From: Oopsacas minuta
Lineage: Eukaryota > Animalia > Porifera
Length of the DNA stretch: 64,000 nt
NCBI GenBank assembly: GCA_024704765.1
Contig: JAKMXF010000188.1
Coordinates: 367,015-431,014 of the forward strand
Reading direction: 5' to 3'
Shown here: positions 46,759 through 57,439 of the stretch, one piece after another
Numbering within the stretch: position 1 is the first letter of the stretch
Layout of the letters: every line of letters starts with the position of its first letter
The notes under the pieces: generated by a model
Told to the model about the DNA's origin: nothing
Database searches by the model: none
The model's input: only the letters and a program-made list of their open reading frames with translations
Translations under genes and position numbers: made by a program

Positions 46759-47454
46759 TCTATTTTCAAAATTACAAACGACAGCAATATTTTCTTGGAA
46801 TTCAAGGTCGCTTCGCTTACCATGAACTAGTGGGGCGACCAATTGCTGGAGGCAAGCGTGAAAACGCCTTTTGGTGTTCACAGTACTTCTATAGACCATC
46901 ATAACTCCAGCACCAACCTTCCGGATATATTCGAAAAGTATTTATCTTGTATACATGACATACCGTATACGAAACACACCTAAGTTTTGCTGATACATAT
47001 ATCACGAAAACTTTGATCCTGCTCGACCGTTCAAGACGCGATTAATTAGTTCAAGTGTATAAAGCTAGCAAACTACCCGTCGATTTCGACGGAATTTCAT
47101 GAGCAGTACCTTAGTTAGTTAGGAGTAGGAACAGCTGAAATAACTCATCAGAAACAACGCAGAATTTCTAATTGGCTGTACATGGCCCAATAGTAACTTA
47201 ATATAATGTTGGAATATGAATTGGTACGGTCACTGACACTGAGGAACACTTGGGATTTTGTATAGGACTATTCATGGTATAACGATATGCTACTATTTCA
47301 TTGGTCTATATTAGTGCTCCATGGGATTATCTACGACTTTGTTTATCGTCTATATGTTACAGCCTTACAGAGATAAATATACGGAGCAGCTCAGTGTAGC
47401 ATTTGAGTGTATGTCTTAAACAAGTCTAATCGTGTCACACTGAATTCATTAAAT

Positions 47455-47783
47455 ACTAGCGCGTTTCGCTTGCTCCCGCTACGCGGTTGCGAACACTTCG
47501 TGTCCACAATCGGGCCTACGGCCTTCGAGTACATAAATTTATAATCTCAACCTTGGCAAACGTTATACTACTCTTTAAATCTGCTCACTTTCTGTCCCCA
47601 AAAGTGGACAATATTTATAAAATGTTGTTTAGATTATCATATTCGATTACCAATACAACGTTGTTTTGTTGTCGTTATTTAGTGCAACGTTTGGTTCTGG
47701 ACTTACGAACTGGACCTATATGTTTTCCATATGGGAGAGCGAGACAGACAGACATACACAAACTGAGATTTAATAATACAGAT
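47455..47783 (+). mobile_element. Helitron/HINE-like non-autonomous element (ACTAG-start subtype) inside the MULE
   Basis: Starts ACTAGCGCGTTTCGCTTGCTCCCGCTACGCGG and ends (AGAC)n...TGAGATTTAATAATACAGAT. Related 5' ends occur at about 35575, 58290-58372 (minus) and 63580. Confidence 0.5.
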
Positions 47784-48029
47784 TAGGCCGTGGCTAATAT
47801 TGACTGGTAATTTACTTCGCCCTGCATTTTTGGATTTTTGCGGTCTTCTATAGTTTAATAAACACAAACTGTACATTACATGCCGCTGGGAAATTAAACA
47901 ACACATACTAGTAGATAAACATAGATAAAACATAATATAAACACATAATTAGAGATTGAGTTGGAGGAGTTTGTCAGGCAGCTACCACATCTTGACATCT
48001 GTCCTTAGTCCTTGGTAGCTGCATTGGAG

Positions 48030-49387
48030 AGGAGGAGGAGAATTGGAGATGGGGGGCATGGCAGTGGATTTGAGAGGAAAAATGGAAGGCAAGAATTCAA
48101 ACTAAAGATACAGAGATAGTAAAGCGCACAAGTGAATATACTCATGCGCCTGACGAGCAGGCTGTGAGCTGCTGCGAGACGAAGCTGGGCATCAAGAGGA
48201 AAGCACGGGAGTCCCAGGATAGCGCACACCACATAGTGGGCGAGAGTTTGCAGACAGCATCAGAGGGTACTGCTGCTAAACTACCCAAGCTGGACAGCCT
48301 GAAGCGGACAATACAACGCCAACGTGCTAGTGTACTTGCAGCGCCAGTACAGCCTACCACTTTAGCAGAGCTAGCTCTACCAGCAGTCTACCAGCAGACA
48401 GCCAAGGGAGAACAGTTCTTACTCTACGACTCTGGTGCAGACGATGTGCACAGATTCCTCATCTTCGGGACACAACACAACCTCGGGATGCTGCAGCGAA
48501 GCAAGATCTGGCTAGCTGATGGCACCTTCAAGACGGCACCTCCCCTCTTCGCCCAGGTGTATGTGGTGCATGGACTCCGTGGAGGAGATGATCCTATGAA
48601 GACCGGTCATCTGTTACCGAGCCTGTTCGTGCTACTGCCCAACAAGACGGAGGCTGCCCACCTGAGGATGTGGGAACAGATCCGCCTACTGTGTCCACTT
48701 GCCCAGCCTCAACAGATGCTCCTGGACTTTGAGAAGGGCGCGATTACCAGCTTTGAGCATGTCTGGCCTAACACAGTGGTGAAGTGCTGCTTCTTCCACC
48801 TCACTCAGAATATCTGGCGACACGTGCAGCCTGTAGGGCTGCAGTCTGCCTACACACATGACGAAGAGTTGGCTATGCACATCCCGAGGATACCAGCCCT
48901 TGCTTTTGCCCGACCAGCAGACGTACCCGATCTGTTTGATCAAGTGGCAATGGACCTCCCCCTTACGCCTGAGATAGGCGAACTAGTCGACTACTTTGAG
49001 AGAACGTATATCGGCCGCACAGTTGCCAGCGGATACCATGTAGCGGCGACGTACCCTATTCACCTGTGGAACAACCACATCAGCACGCCCTTAGGACTCC
49101 CCCGTACAACCAACGCCGTAGAGGCATGGCACCGCAGCTTTAATGCCACTGTCGGCTGCCATCACCCTACCATATGGAAGTTCATCCTCTCCCACAAGCG
49201 TGAGCAGGGCCTAGTGGAGGTACGACATACTAACTACCTCGTTGGCAAGCCACCAACCAAGCTGAGGCGGTCCCAGCAGAGTGAGGAAGCGTTGAAGACT
49301 CTAGTTCGTGAATATTATTCTCCAGATCGTTCTAAAATGGAGTTCTTGCAGGGTGTAGCACATTATTTCAGCCTGGGAGCCGATTAA
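48030..49387 (+). pseudogene. 5'-truncated inverted copy of the MULE transposase (407-aa open frame, lacks the FLYWCH N-terminus)
   Basis: Reverse-complement match to 49456-50757 from 48086. 48030-48085 is a degraded version of the corresponding segment, and nothing homologous lies further 5'. Confidence 0.85.
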
Positions 49388-49455
49388 CATGTTAATCTAA
49401 AGTATTATCTCTAATCAATGTATTTGAGGGCTAGATAATACTTTAGATTAACATA

Positions 49456-50907
49456 TTAATCGGCTCCCAGACTGAAATGATGTGCTACACCCTGCAAGAA
49501 CTCCATTTTAGAACGATCTGGAGAATAATATTCACGAACTAGAGTCTTCAACGCTTCCTCACTCTGTTGGGACCGCCTCCGCTTGGTTGGCGGCTTGCCA
49601 ACAAGGTAGTTAGTATGCCGCACCTCCACTAGGCCCTGCTCACGCTTGAGGGAGAGGATGAACTTCCATATGGTGGGGTGATGGCAGCCGACAGTGGCAT
49701 TGAAGCTGCGGTGCCATGCCTCTACGGCGTTGGTTGTACGGGGGAGTCCTAAGGGCGTGCCGATGTGGTTGTTCCACAGGTGAATAGGGTACGTCGCCGC
49801 TACATGGTATCCGCTGGCAACTGTGCGGCCGATATACGTTCTCTCAAAGTAGTCGACTAGTTCGCCTATCTCAGGCGTAAGGGGGAGGTCCATTGCCACT
49901 TGATCAAACAGATCGGGTACGTCTGCTGGTCGGGCAAAAGCAAGGGCTGGTATCCTCGGGATGTGCATAGCCAACTCTTCGTCATGTGTGTAGGCAGACT
50001 GCAGCCCTACAGGCTGCACGTGTCGCCAGATATTCTGAGTGAGGTGGAAGAAGCAGCACTTCACCACTGTGTTAGGCCAGACATGCTCAAAGCTGGTAAT
50101 CGCGCCCTTCTCAAAGTCCAGGAGCATCTGTTGAGGCTGGGCAAGTGGACACAGTAGGCGGATCTGTTCCCACATCCTCAGGTGGGCAGCCTCCGTCTTG
50201 TTGGGCAGTAGCACGAACAGGCTCGGTAACAGATGACCGGTCTTCATAGGATCATCTCCTCCACGGAGTCCATGCACCACATACACCTGGGCGAAGAGGG
50301 GAGGTGCCGTCTTGAAGGTGCCATCAGCTAGCCAGATCTTGCTTCGCTGCAGCATCCCGAGGTTGTGTTGTGTCCCGAAGATGAGGAATCTGTGCACATC
50401 GTCTGCACCAGAGTCGTAGAGTAAGAACTGTTCTCCCTTGGCTGTCTGCTGGTAGACTGCTGGTAGAGCTAGCTCTGCTAAAGTGGTAGGCTGTACTGGC
50501 GCTGCAAGTACACTAGCACGTTGGCGTTGTATTGTCCGCTTCAGGCTGTCCAGCTTGGGTAGTTTAGCAGCAGTACCCTCTGATGCTGTCTGCAAACTCT
50601 CGCCCACTATGTGGTGTGCGCTATCCTGGGACTCCCGTGCTTTCCTCTTGATGCCCAGCTTCGTCTCGCAGCAGCTCACAGCCTGCTCGTCAGGCGCATG
50701 AGTATATTCACTTGTGCGCTTTACTATCTCTGTATCTTTAGTTTGAATTCTTGCCTTACAAGTTCCCCTCTCCTCGCACTGCCAATGCACCACATCTCCA
50801 ATCCTCCTCTGCATAGTATACATATAGCCTCCTTCCATCAACTTGCTGCCTCCTCTGATTGTCCTGATCAACCTGAATGGTTGATCAGGAGGCTCTGCCA
50901 TTAGCAA
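49456..50907 (-). CDS. FLYWCH-MULE transposase, intact 483-aa ORF
   Basis: GYMYT...VHWQCEERGTCKARIQT...HAPD (FLYWCH-like; Tyr at the first His position); WLADGTFK; LLDFEKGA...KCCFFHLTQNIWR; RTTNAVEAWHRSFN. Confidence 0.9.
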   Translation of the reverse strand: MLMAEPPDQPFRLIRTIRGGSKLMEGGYMYTMQRRIGDVVHWQCEERGTCKARIQTKDTEIVKRTSEYTHAPDEQAVSCCETKLGIKRKARESQDSAHHIVGESLQTASEGTAAKLPKLDSLKRTIQRQRASVLAAPVQPTTLAELALPAVYQQTAKGEQFLLYDSGADDVHRFLIFGTQHNLGMLQRSKIWLADGTFKTAPPLFAQVYVVHGLRGGDDPMKTGHLLPSLFVLLPNKTEAAHLRMWEQIRLLCPLAQPQQMLLDFEKGAITSFEHVWPNTVVKCCFFHLTQNIWRHVQPVGLQSAYTHDEELAMHIPRIPALAFARPADVPDLFDQVAMDLPLTPEIGELVDYFERTYIGRTVASGYHVAATYPIHLWNNHIGTPLGLPRTTNAVEAWHRSFNATVGCHHPTIWKFILSLKREQGLVEVRHTNYLVGKPPTKRRRSQQSEEALKTLVREYYSPDRSKMEFLQGVAHHFSLGAD

Positions 50908-51431
50908 ATTAAATGATCAACAAATAATACAATAAAAATATATAAATAATTTGTTTGAGAAACACTGATCTGAACAATAGAAGTAACCAATCGTATTTAT
51001 TGAATTTTGAAGCTTATTGACTTCATAAAACAGCTGTACGATGTTTACAGAGTAAAGAATTTGATGATGATTACTTGAGGTTACATTCCAATTCGTGTAT
51101 AAACATTATAAGTTGTTTCGAATTATTTGATTGAGGTAACTTCTGAAATATACTCAATGCATTTAGACGTAATACTTTGAACGGCTTTACAAGAATCTAA
51201 ACTATAACTGGGATTCTACAAGGGTAATTTTATAATATTTAAGGGGAATAATTTAATTATAAATAATAATTAAAATTGACCAATCAAATAAGTAGCGAGA
51301 TGTCGTGTAACGAAATGTCGCTGTAGCGAAATGTCTGTAGCGAAATGTCGTGTAACGAAATGTCACTGTAGCGAAATGTCTGTAGCGAAATGTCGTGTAA
51401 CGAAATGTCGTGTAGCGAGATGTCGGTATCC

Positions 51432-51870
51432 GAAAACGGCTAGTATTATCGGAGATGGAAACTGCCCGCTTAGAGCACTAGCATACGCCATAACAGGTAC
51501 AGAGAGATCGCATTTGAAATTTTGCAGATTAATATGCGAAATTATGGTTGGTGGAGGGCTGGAGAAATGAGGGAAATACGTAAAGAACAAACTTTCCAGA
51601 GATCAAGTTATAGATATGGTAGGATACCTCCCATCAACAATCATGACATGTCAATATACATGGGGCACAGATTGCGAAATAATGGCCGCCGCAAATTTGT
51701 TTGGAATAAATATACTTGTAGTCTTTAGCGTCGAAAAGATACAACAATCGAAATGGTTTGGCATAAGTATTCTTATACGTCCACATCATTCTAGGGGCCT
51801 GCTAGTTACATAGTAAATGATTGTCACCACTACGAGCCAATCGTAGAACTGGAATATTCCACAACACCTC
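51432..51870 (+). pseudogene. OTU-like cysteine protease domain remnant
   Basis: IIGDGNCPLRALAYAITG (Cys box), GTDCEIMAAANLFGINI, and HYEPI (His box), across frameshifts. Confidence 0.7.
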
Positions 51871-52314
51871 CATATGATATTGGGGAAGTCGGTTGAAATA
51901 TTATTGACGATTAAAACTCTCCAGATCTAGAAGAAAAAACAAGAACAGTAGCTACTTTCTTAGTCTATATGAATTATTTAGTACGTGCAAATTACTCTCT
52001 CTTAGAAAATTACAACATACAATGCTTTACAGTACATCATATATTCCGAGTATAAAACCGGTTCGGCCGGATCAAATATATCTGAAATTTTCAGTCCGAC
52101 CCGACCAAATTCTATACGGACCGAATATTTTGTGAAAGGCGCCATTATTCGGGACCAAATAAATATGATTGGTTCCAGACAGCGCTTAGGTTCAAGCTTA
52201 GTTAAGTTCGAACTAAACTCTTAGAGAATACGGCGGCAGTATTTCTGAATTTGAAGAAGAAATTCAGATTGTATTCTAAGGAAATTTTATTATTGTTGTG
52301 CAGATTTTATAAGT

Positions 52315-52882
52315 ACAAGCCTTTGGCTCGTCGCTTCGCGATGAACTCGCGCATTGCGCCTCGAGATATTCAACGGACAACAAACAGACAAACAACAATT
52401 GAGATTTAATAATATTGATGTTGTTTACAATATTCAGACTCAGCATACTCGATTATCCCAGTAAAGTATGATTCTACCTCAATTTTGAAATTTCTTTACT
52501 TTATATTTATAAAACAACAATAAATTTACATATGAGAAACTTGAAATGCAAAATTCGGATTCAGCGTCTTAGTTACCCCTGGGTAGCCGTTTAGAGCAAG
52601 CCTGTACGTGGATTTTGAGATTTGACTAATTTGTTTACTTTATATTCATAAGCACAACAATAAATTTACATATTATTATTCGAAAGGTCGGATTCAGCAT
52701 GTTCGATATATTTAGTAAAGTTTTATTGAATTCTATTTACTTCCTTGATAAACACGATAAATACATAGTTATGCGACTATTTCATAATTGCATACCATAA
52801 ATCCTTTCCTTAACAACGGACAAACAAAAAGACAGACAGCAGACAGACAGACAAACAATCATTGAGATTCAATAATATAGAT
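52315..52882 (+). mobile_element. Helitron/HINE-like non-autonomous repeat (composite)
   Basis: 5' ACAAGCCTTTGGCTCGTCGCTTCGCG, internal repeats of TTTACTTTATATT.ATAA.ACAACAATAAATTTACATAT, an (AGAC)n microsatellite, and 3' TTGAGATTCAATAATATAGAT. Confidence 0.55.
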
Positions 52883-53214
52883 TAGCTGAGTTTGGCCCTC
52901 ATTTCTTAAGTCAGGTATTTTAGGCATTTCTTCATTTCTTTCAGTTTTAACGAATTCACGCTTACGGTATTAAAGTTAATTATTCGAAGTTATCATTTAT
53001 ATACATGTCTTGATATAAATTGAACTAGTAATGATTTCTGTGCTGGGCGGTGGCAGCATTAGGATGATCCAACTCAAACTTGGGAGCTATGTAGCATTAA
53101 AGAACAATAATTATCAATTAACTAGCTAATAACAAGAATATAAAGTGAACAAAACGAGAAAAAACAATACAGCCCAATCTCTTACGTGTATTCTTATATG
53201 AATAAATAAAGTAT

Positions 53215-54546
53215 TTAGTAATTATTGAATTGGTTTCTATGCTGTGAGTAACTTGGATGTGTAGGATAATTTCCATTAGGATCCTGATGAGGGTGTGTTT
53301 GTTGCCCGTGTATATTGAAAATAGGCATATGGTGCTGAGGATGGTGCATCTGAGACATCTTAGGAACTTGTTCGGTTGAGTTCGTTTTGGACATAGCACA
53401 AAGAGTTGGTATAGTGTTTGTTATTTTGGGCCGTTTAGGATTAGGAAGGCAGTTCTGTTCATCTTTGTGAACATCATCATCAGTGATATACTCACGCTTA
53501 GGATACGGAATAGTACAATCAGCGAACACGTTATCATTGGGTTTAGGTTCTTCCAAAAAGTACTCGTGTTTCAAAGCTAGTTCTGAGGTGATGCGTTTCA
53601 TTGGATCCATGACTAGAAATTTGGTAAGAAGATGAAACACTTTAGAATCTGCTTTTAATTTCTGTTTGTCCATATACTTTTGCAAACTACTATTGGTGTA
53701 ATTACCTTCTTTGAAGTCACGCGCAACAGTTTCGTATTCTGGCATTTTGCGTATATCTTCCCAATCTCCTTCTTGAGGAAACCCCATTACTTGAAAGATT
53801 CTATTGAGTTGGTCTTGGTGGTAAGGGCTCGATGTATCGATTTCTTCGTGCTTACAATAGAAAATAGGCTCATAAGTGAGTAGTTCGGTAAATATACAAC
53901 CAATCGCCCATATATCAATAGCTTTTGTATAGTGTTTAGCTCCTAGAAGAAGTTCAGGAGCTCTATACCAGGAAGTAACAACAACAGGGTCCTGCTCTGC
54001 TAGAGGTTTCAAAGGAGAATAGAAAAGACGAGCAAATCCCATATCTGCTATCTTAACTCGTCCGTGTTCATTTCCTTCACCCATTACAAGGATGTTGGCT
54101 GGCTTAAGATCTCTGTGCAACACCCAGTTTGAGTGGAGATACGATATTCCGTTTAGAAGCTGGTAGAGAAGAGATTTGACCATCACATCAGGGATTCTCT
54201 TCGGTTTCGAAGTGCGATGGTATTTAATAATATGCCACAGATCATGTTCTGCAAAATCAAATAGCAGCCAAACCTTTTTCTCATGAAGGAATACCCTCAG
54301 TAAAGGAATTACATTGTTATGACGTAATTCACGAAGCAATGCTATTTCTCTGCATGCAGACATTGACAATCCTTTTCCTTCGATATATTTGAGTGCAAAT
54401 TCCACTGTGTTTTGGTTGGCAGTCTTCAGTTTGGCTTTATACACAATACCGTATGTTCCACGGCCAATTTTCCTGCCCTCGAATTCAAACATGTCCTCAA
54501 CTTTGATGCGCTTTTTTTCATGTTTAGTCTTGAAATCAGTATCCAT
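53215..54546 (-). CDS. CDK8: Cyclin-dependent kinase 8/19 (Mediator kinase), intronless, 443 aa
   Basis: MD.DFK...[110 protein letters not shown], and a Q/H/P-rich tail. Confidence 0.95.
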   Translation of the reverse strand: MDTDFKTKHEKKRIKVEDMFEFEGRKIGRGTYGIVYKAKLKTANQNTVEFALKYIEGKGLSMSACREIALLRELRHNNVIPLLRVFLHEKKVWLLFDFAEHDLWHIIKYHRTSKPKRIPDVMVKSLLYQLLNGISYLHSNWVLHRDLKPANILVMGEGNEHGRVKIADMGFARLFYSPLKPLAEQDPVVVTSWYRAPELLLGAKHYTKAIDIWAIGCIFTELLTYEPIFYCKHEEIDTSSPYHQDQLNRIFQVMGFPQEGDWEDIRKMPEYETVARDFKEGNYTNSSLQKYMDKQKLKADSKVFHLLTKFLVMDPMKRITSELALKHEYFLEEPKPNDNVFADCTIPYPKREYITDDDVHKDEQNCLPNPKRPKITNTIPTLCAMSKTNSTEQVPKMSQMHHPQHHMPIFNIHGQQTHPHQDPNGNYPTHPSYSQHRNQFNNY

Positions 54547-55199
54547 TATCTATCTATAAAAACTAGAACAAATTGTAAGGCAATTATTAAATAAGTTTCA
54601 AGGCTACATAAACTTTTTCCAAGGAAAATTCAATTCGTAAAAATTCCCCTATAAACCTCCAATTACACTGAATTTCCACATGCATTGCTAAATTATTCAT
54701 TTTTCACATTTAGACCATTTTTCTAGACAGTATTTTTAATTTGTTAAGTCAAAATTTCAAAAGAATACTGACCTCGCTTTATGTTCGCCCATTTATTAGC
54801 CTAAAAACAATGATACACGGAGATGGAGAATTGTCAGTGCTTTCGCTGGGATTGAATTTACGTATGAACCTCTGGCTGCCAAACTGATCGCATTATGACC
54901 GTTTACACGTATAGATGGGGATTGTGAAATTCGCTTGAAAATCTTATTGATTACCAACCTTAACAGATTGCTCTAGATTTTTAAACAAGGACGTAAAGAA
55001 ATGGAAGCTTGAGCTCAACCAATTATGTATAATTATATATATATATGATATTTCGTGTCCGCGGAAGGCGACCATCAAAACCAGTGGAGGATTCAGGGGG
55101 GCAAAATCATCGATAAATCCTCTAGATTCTCGAATACAAAATTAAAAATTACAATGAGAGTCTAAGAATTTTCATAGTAGTATTACATAAAATGATATA

Positions 55200-56549
55200 C
55201 AGTACCGGTCAAAAAGAATTGCTCAGAATAAATTTACCCCAATTTCTTATATCTATGACTGATTTTAACTATAATGCTTTATTTTAATCAAGTAAATTGT
55301 TGTTAGTATTTAGTAGAACCTCCTCTTGCTTGAATTACGGCTTTACATCTTTGCGGCAACTCTCAATTAGAGTATGGAGCCTGTTAATGTCGATGCTATC
55401 CCAAGTGCTTAATATGGCATTCCACAACTCTGAGTGGTTGGATGGGCTTTTCTCTTGAATTCTGAGGGAAATGTGATCCCAAAGATTCTCAATCGGATTT
55501 AGATCAGGTGACTGAGCAGGCCAATTCATAACCTCTATTTTTTGCTCACCAAACCATTGCTTAGTACCCTTTGACCTATGGCATGGGGCGTTGTCTTGCT
55601 GAAAGGTCCATCCAGAGTGTAGAGAATGCAAATCAACGCTTGGGATTAGTGCATTTTCCAATATATCAATGTAGGAATTGTCTTGAGGTTCCCAGATACT
55701 TTCCACAAGAGTCCTACGCCACTCCAGCAAAACCATCCCCAAACCATGATGTCACCTCCACCAAACTTGCAAGTTTTTGAAGACACCTCCCTGAGAACTC
55801 CTCCCCTTTCATCCTCCTGACGTAGGCTCTCCCGTCATTAGTATACAGTAGGAACCTAGATTCGTCACTGAACACAACTCTTGCCCATTCTTCAGTATTC
55901 CAACACTTGTGTGATCTTGTGAAGGAAAGTCGGTCTCTTTTGTGCTTGATAGTAAGGCGGGGCTTCCTTCGCGGTTTCGTCCGAACAGTCCAGCCCCTCA
56001 TAACCTTCTCTGAACTGTTGAAGTGGAAAGTTTTATCGAATATTCTGATAACACTTCAGCTTTGATCTGAATAGCAGTCTTAAATCGATCCTTTTTGCAT
56101 TTTCTGACCAATAAATTGTCTTGCCTTTTGGTTGTGACACGAGGCCTACCCGGAATAGCGAGGTCTCTTACCGTGCCAGTCAGCCTGTGTTTCTTAAGGA
56201 TCTTGGCTACACTTTTTTGGCTACACCCAACCATTTTAGCTACCTCCCTCTGAGTATGGCCACTTTCTGAAAGTAGTATCAGGTTGGCTCGATTTTCAAT
56301 GGAAATTCGGGATTTAGAAGGCATTGAAAATTCGATAAAAACAGATAAATTGGAAAAAAAGGAATACAAAATAAAAACTGCAAGTTGTGCAAATATAATG
56401 AGTGAATTAGTTGTGTGGTGTGTTATTTGTCAAAATACATATGGCTGAGTATGGTTTCGCAAGAATTCAACTATCTGGTCAGTGTATACAATTTGACATT
56501 TACTATACTGTATACATTCATCTTGAGCAATTCTTTTTGACCGACACTA
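55200..56549 (-). mobile_element. Tc1-like element (DD34E) with frameshifted transposase
   Basis: TIR CAGTACCGGTCAAAAAGAATTGCTCA / TGAGCAATTCTTTTTGACCGACACTA with TA flanks. ORF pieces 55998-56369 (HTH), 55714-56001 (FSDESRF) and 55335-55742 (QQDNA-x-SPDLNPIE, 34-residue D-E spacing). Confidence 0.9.
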
Positions 56550-56559
56550 TATTAGTAAT

Positions 56560-57180
56560 GTAGGAATAATCATAATTTGATGAAATGGAAAAATTCAAAA
56601 ATTGCCAAAAAAGTGAACTCTTCTATCATTTACTCAAATTTGATTAGCTATTTCGACGCAATCAACTTCAGCTAAAACTTCCTTATGGATAAATGGTAGA
56701 AATATATCATTTAGACGTATCTGTGTCGAAGATTTCTTCTAAAGGTTTTAACTCTTCTAAGAGCTGAAAATTCCGTTCTGCTGTTGCTGTTGTCATTGGA
56801 ATCGTGTAAAATAATTTCAAAAGTGGAGTAATTGGTTCATATATTACTTCCTTCTATATGATTTAATAATTCACAAAGGGTTGAAAGGAAAGTCACTTCT
56901 CTGATATTTATAGGTCTCTTTATTACTATTGATTGTTATCAGGTTTGGTAAAGTTCTTAATTCAATTGCTGGTTTACTAAATGAAATATCCTTTGAATGG
57001 AAATCAAGTAAGCTCTGAGGGATAAAAATTTCATTTCCTTTTGCTGCAGGAAGTAAAAGATCCTCTATTTCAAAAAGTTGTTGAAATATTGAACTAAATC
57101 TCCGTTATAGCTCTTGAATAACTAATTGGACCTTTTTGGCGCACAAAAATAGAAACAAATTATCACCATCCATGGAAAAC
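56560..57180 (-). pseudogene. hAT transposase C-terminal remnant
   Basis: Minus strand reads TIPMTTATAERNF/SALRRVKTF.../QIRLND across frameshifts. A hAT-like end CAGTGGAGGATTCAGGGGG lies at 55082, on the far side of the Tc1. Confidence 0.65.
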
Positions 57181-57439
57181 AATTCGAGGTTGATGGTAGG
57201 TCTTATATAGAGAAGACTATGGATGTTGTTTACAATACCATATTCGGACTCAGTATACTCGATTACCCCAGTATAGTAGTTGAAAGTATGATTCTACCTC
57301 AATTTTGAAATTTGTTTACCTTATGTGCCAAAAGTAAACAAATATTCACAATATGTTGTTTACAATATTATATTTGGGCTCAGGATACTCGAGCACCTCT
57401 GTAAAACCATTGAAAGAATGTTTCGACAACAATTTTGAA

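Larger units (their letters stand above)
46268..51431 (-). mobile_element. FLYWCH-type MULE with about 160-bp repeat-built TIRs and an internal inverted duplication of the transposase
   Basis: TIRs 46268-46430 and about 51270-51431 are built of CGACATTTCG(T/C)TACA units plus CTTATTTGATTGGTCAATTTTAATTATTATTT. Termini GGAAGTCCGAC / GTCGGTATCC; no matching 9-bp TSD. Confidence 0.85.

Noticed and set aside
48005-50904. Duplicated short ORFs (72, 75, 85, 97 aa) on both strands
   Set aside because: They are shadow frames of the GC-rich transposase, duplicated by the palindrome; used only as evidence of arm identity.
54835-54905. tRNA-like or SINE-head-like sequence on the minus strand
   Set aside because: Only a weak B-box-like ATTCAATCCC is present; no cloverleaf could be built.
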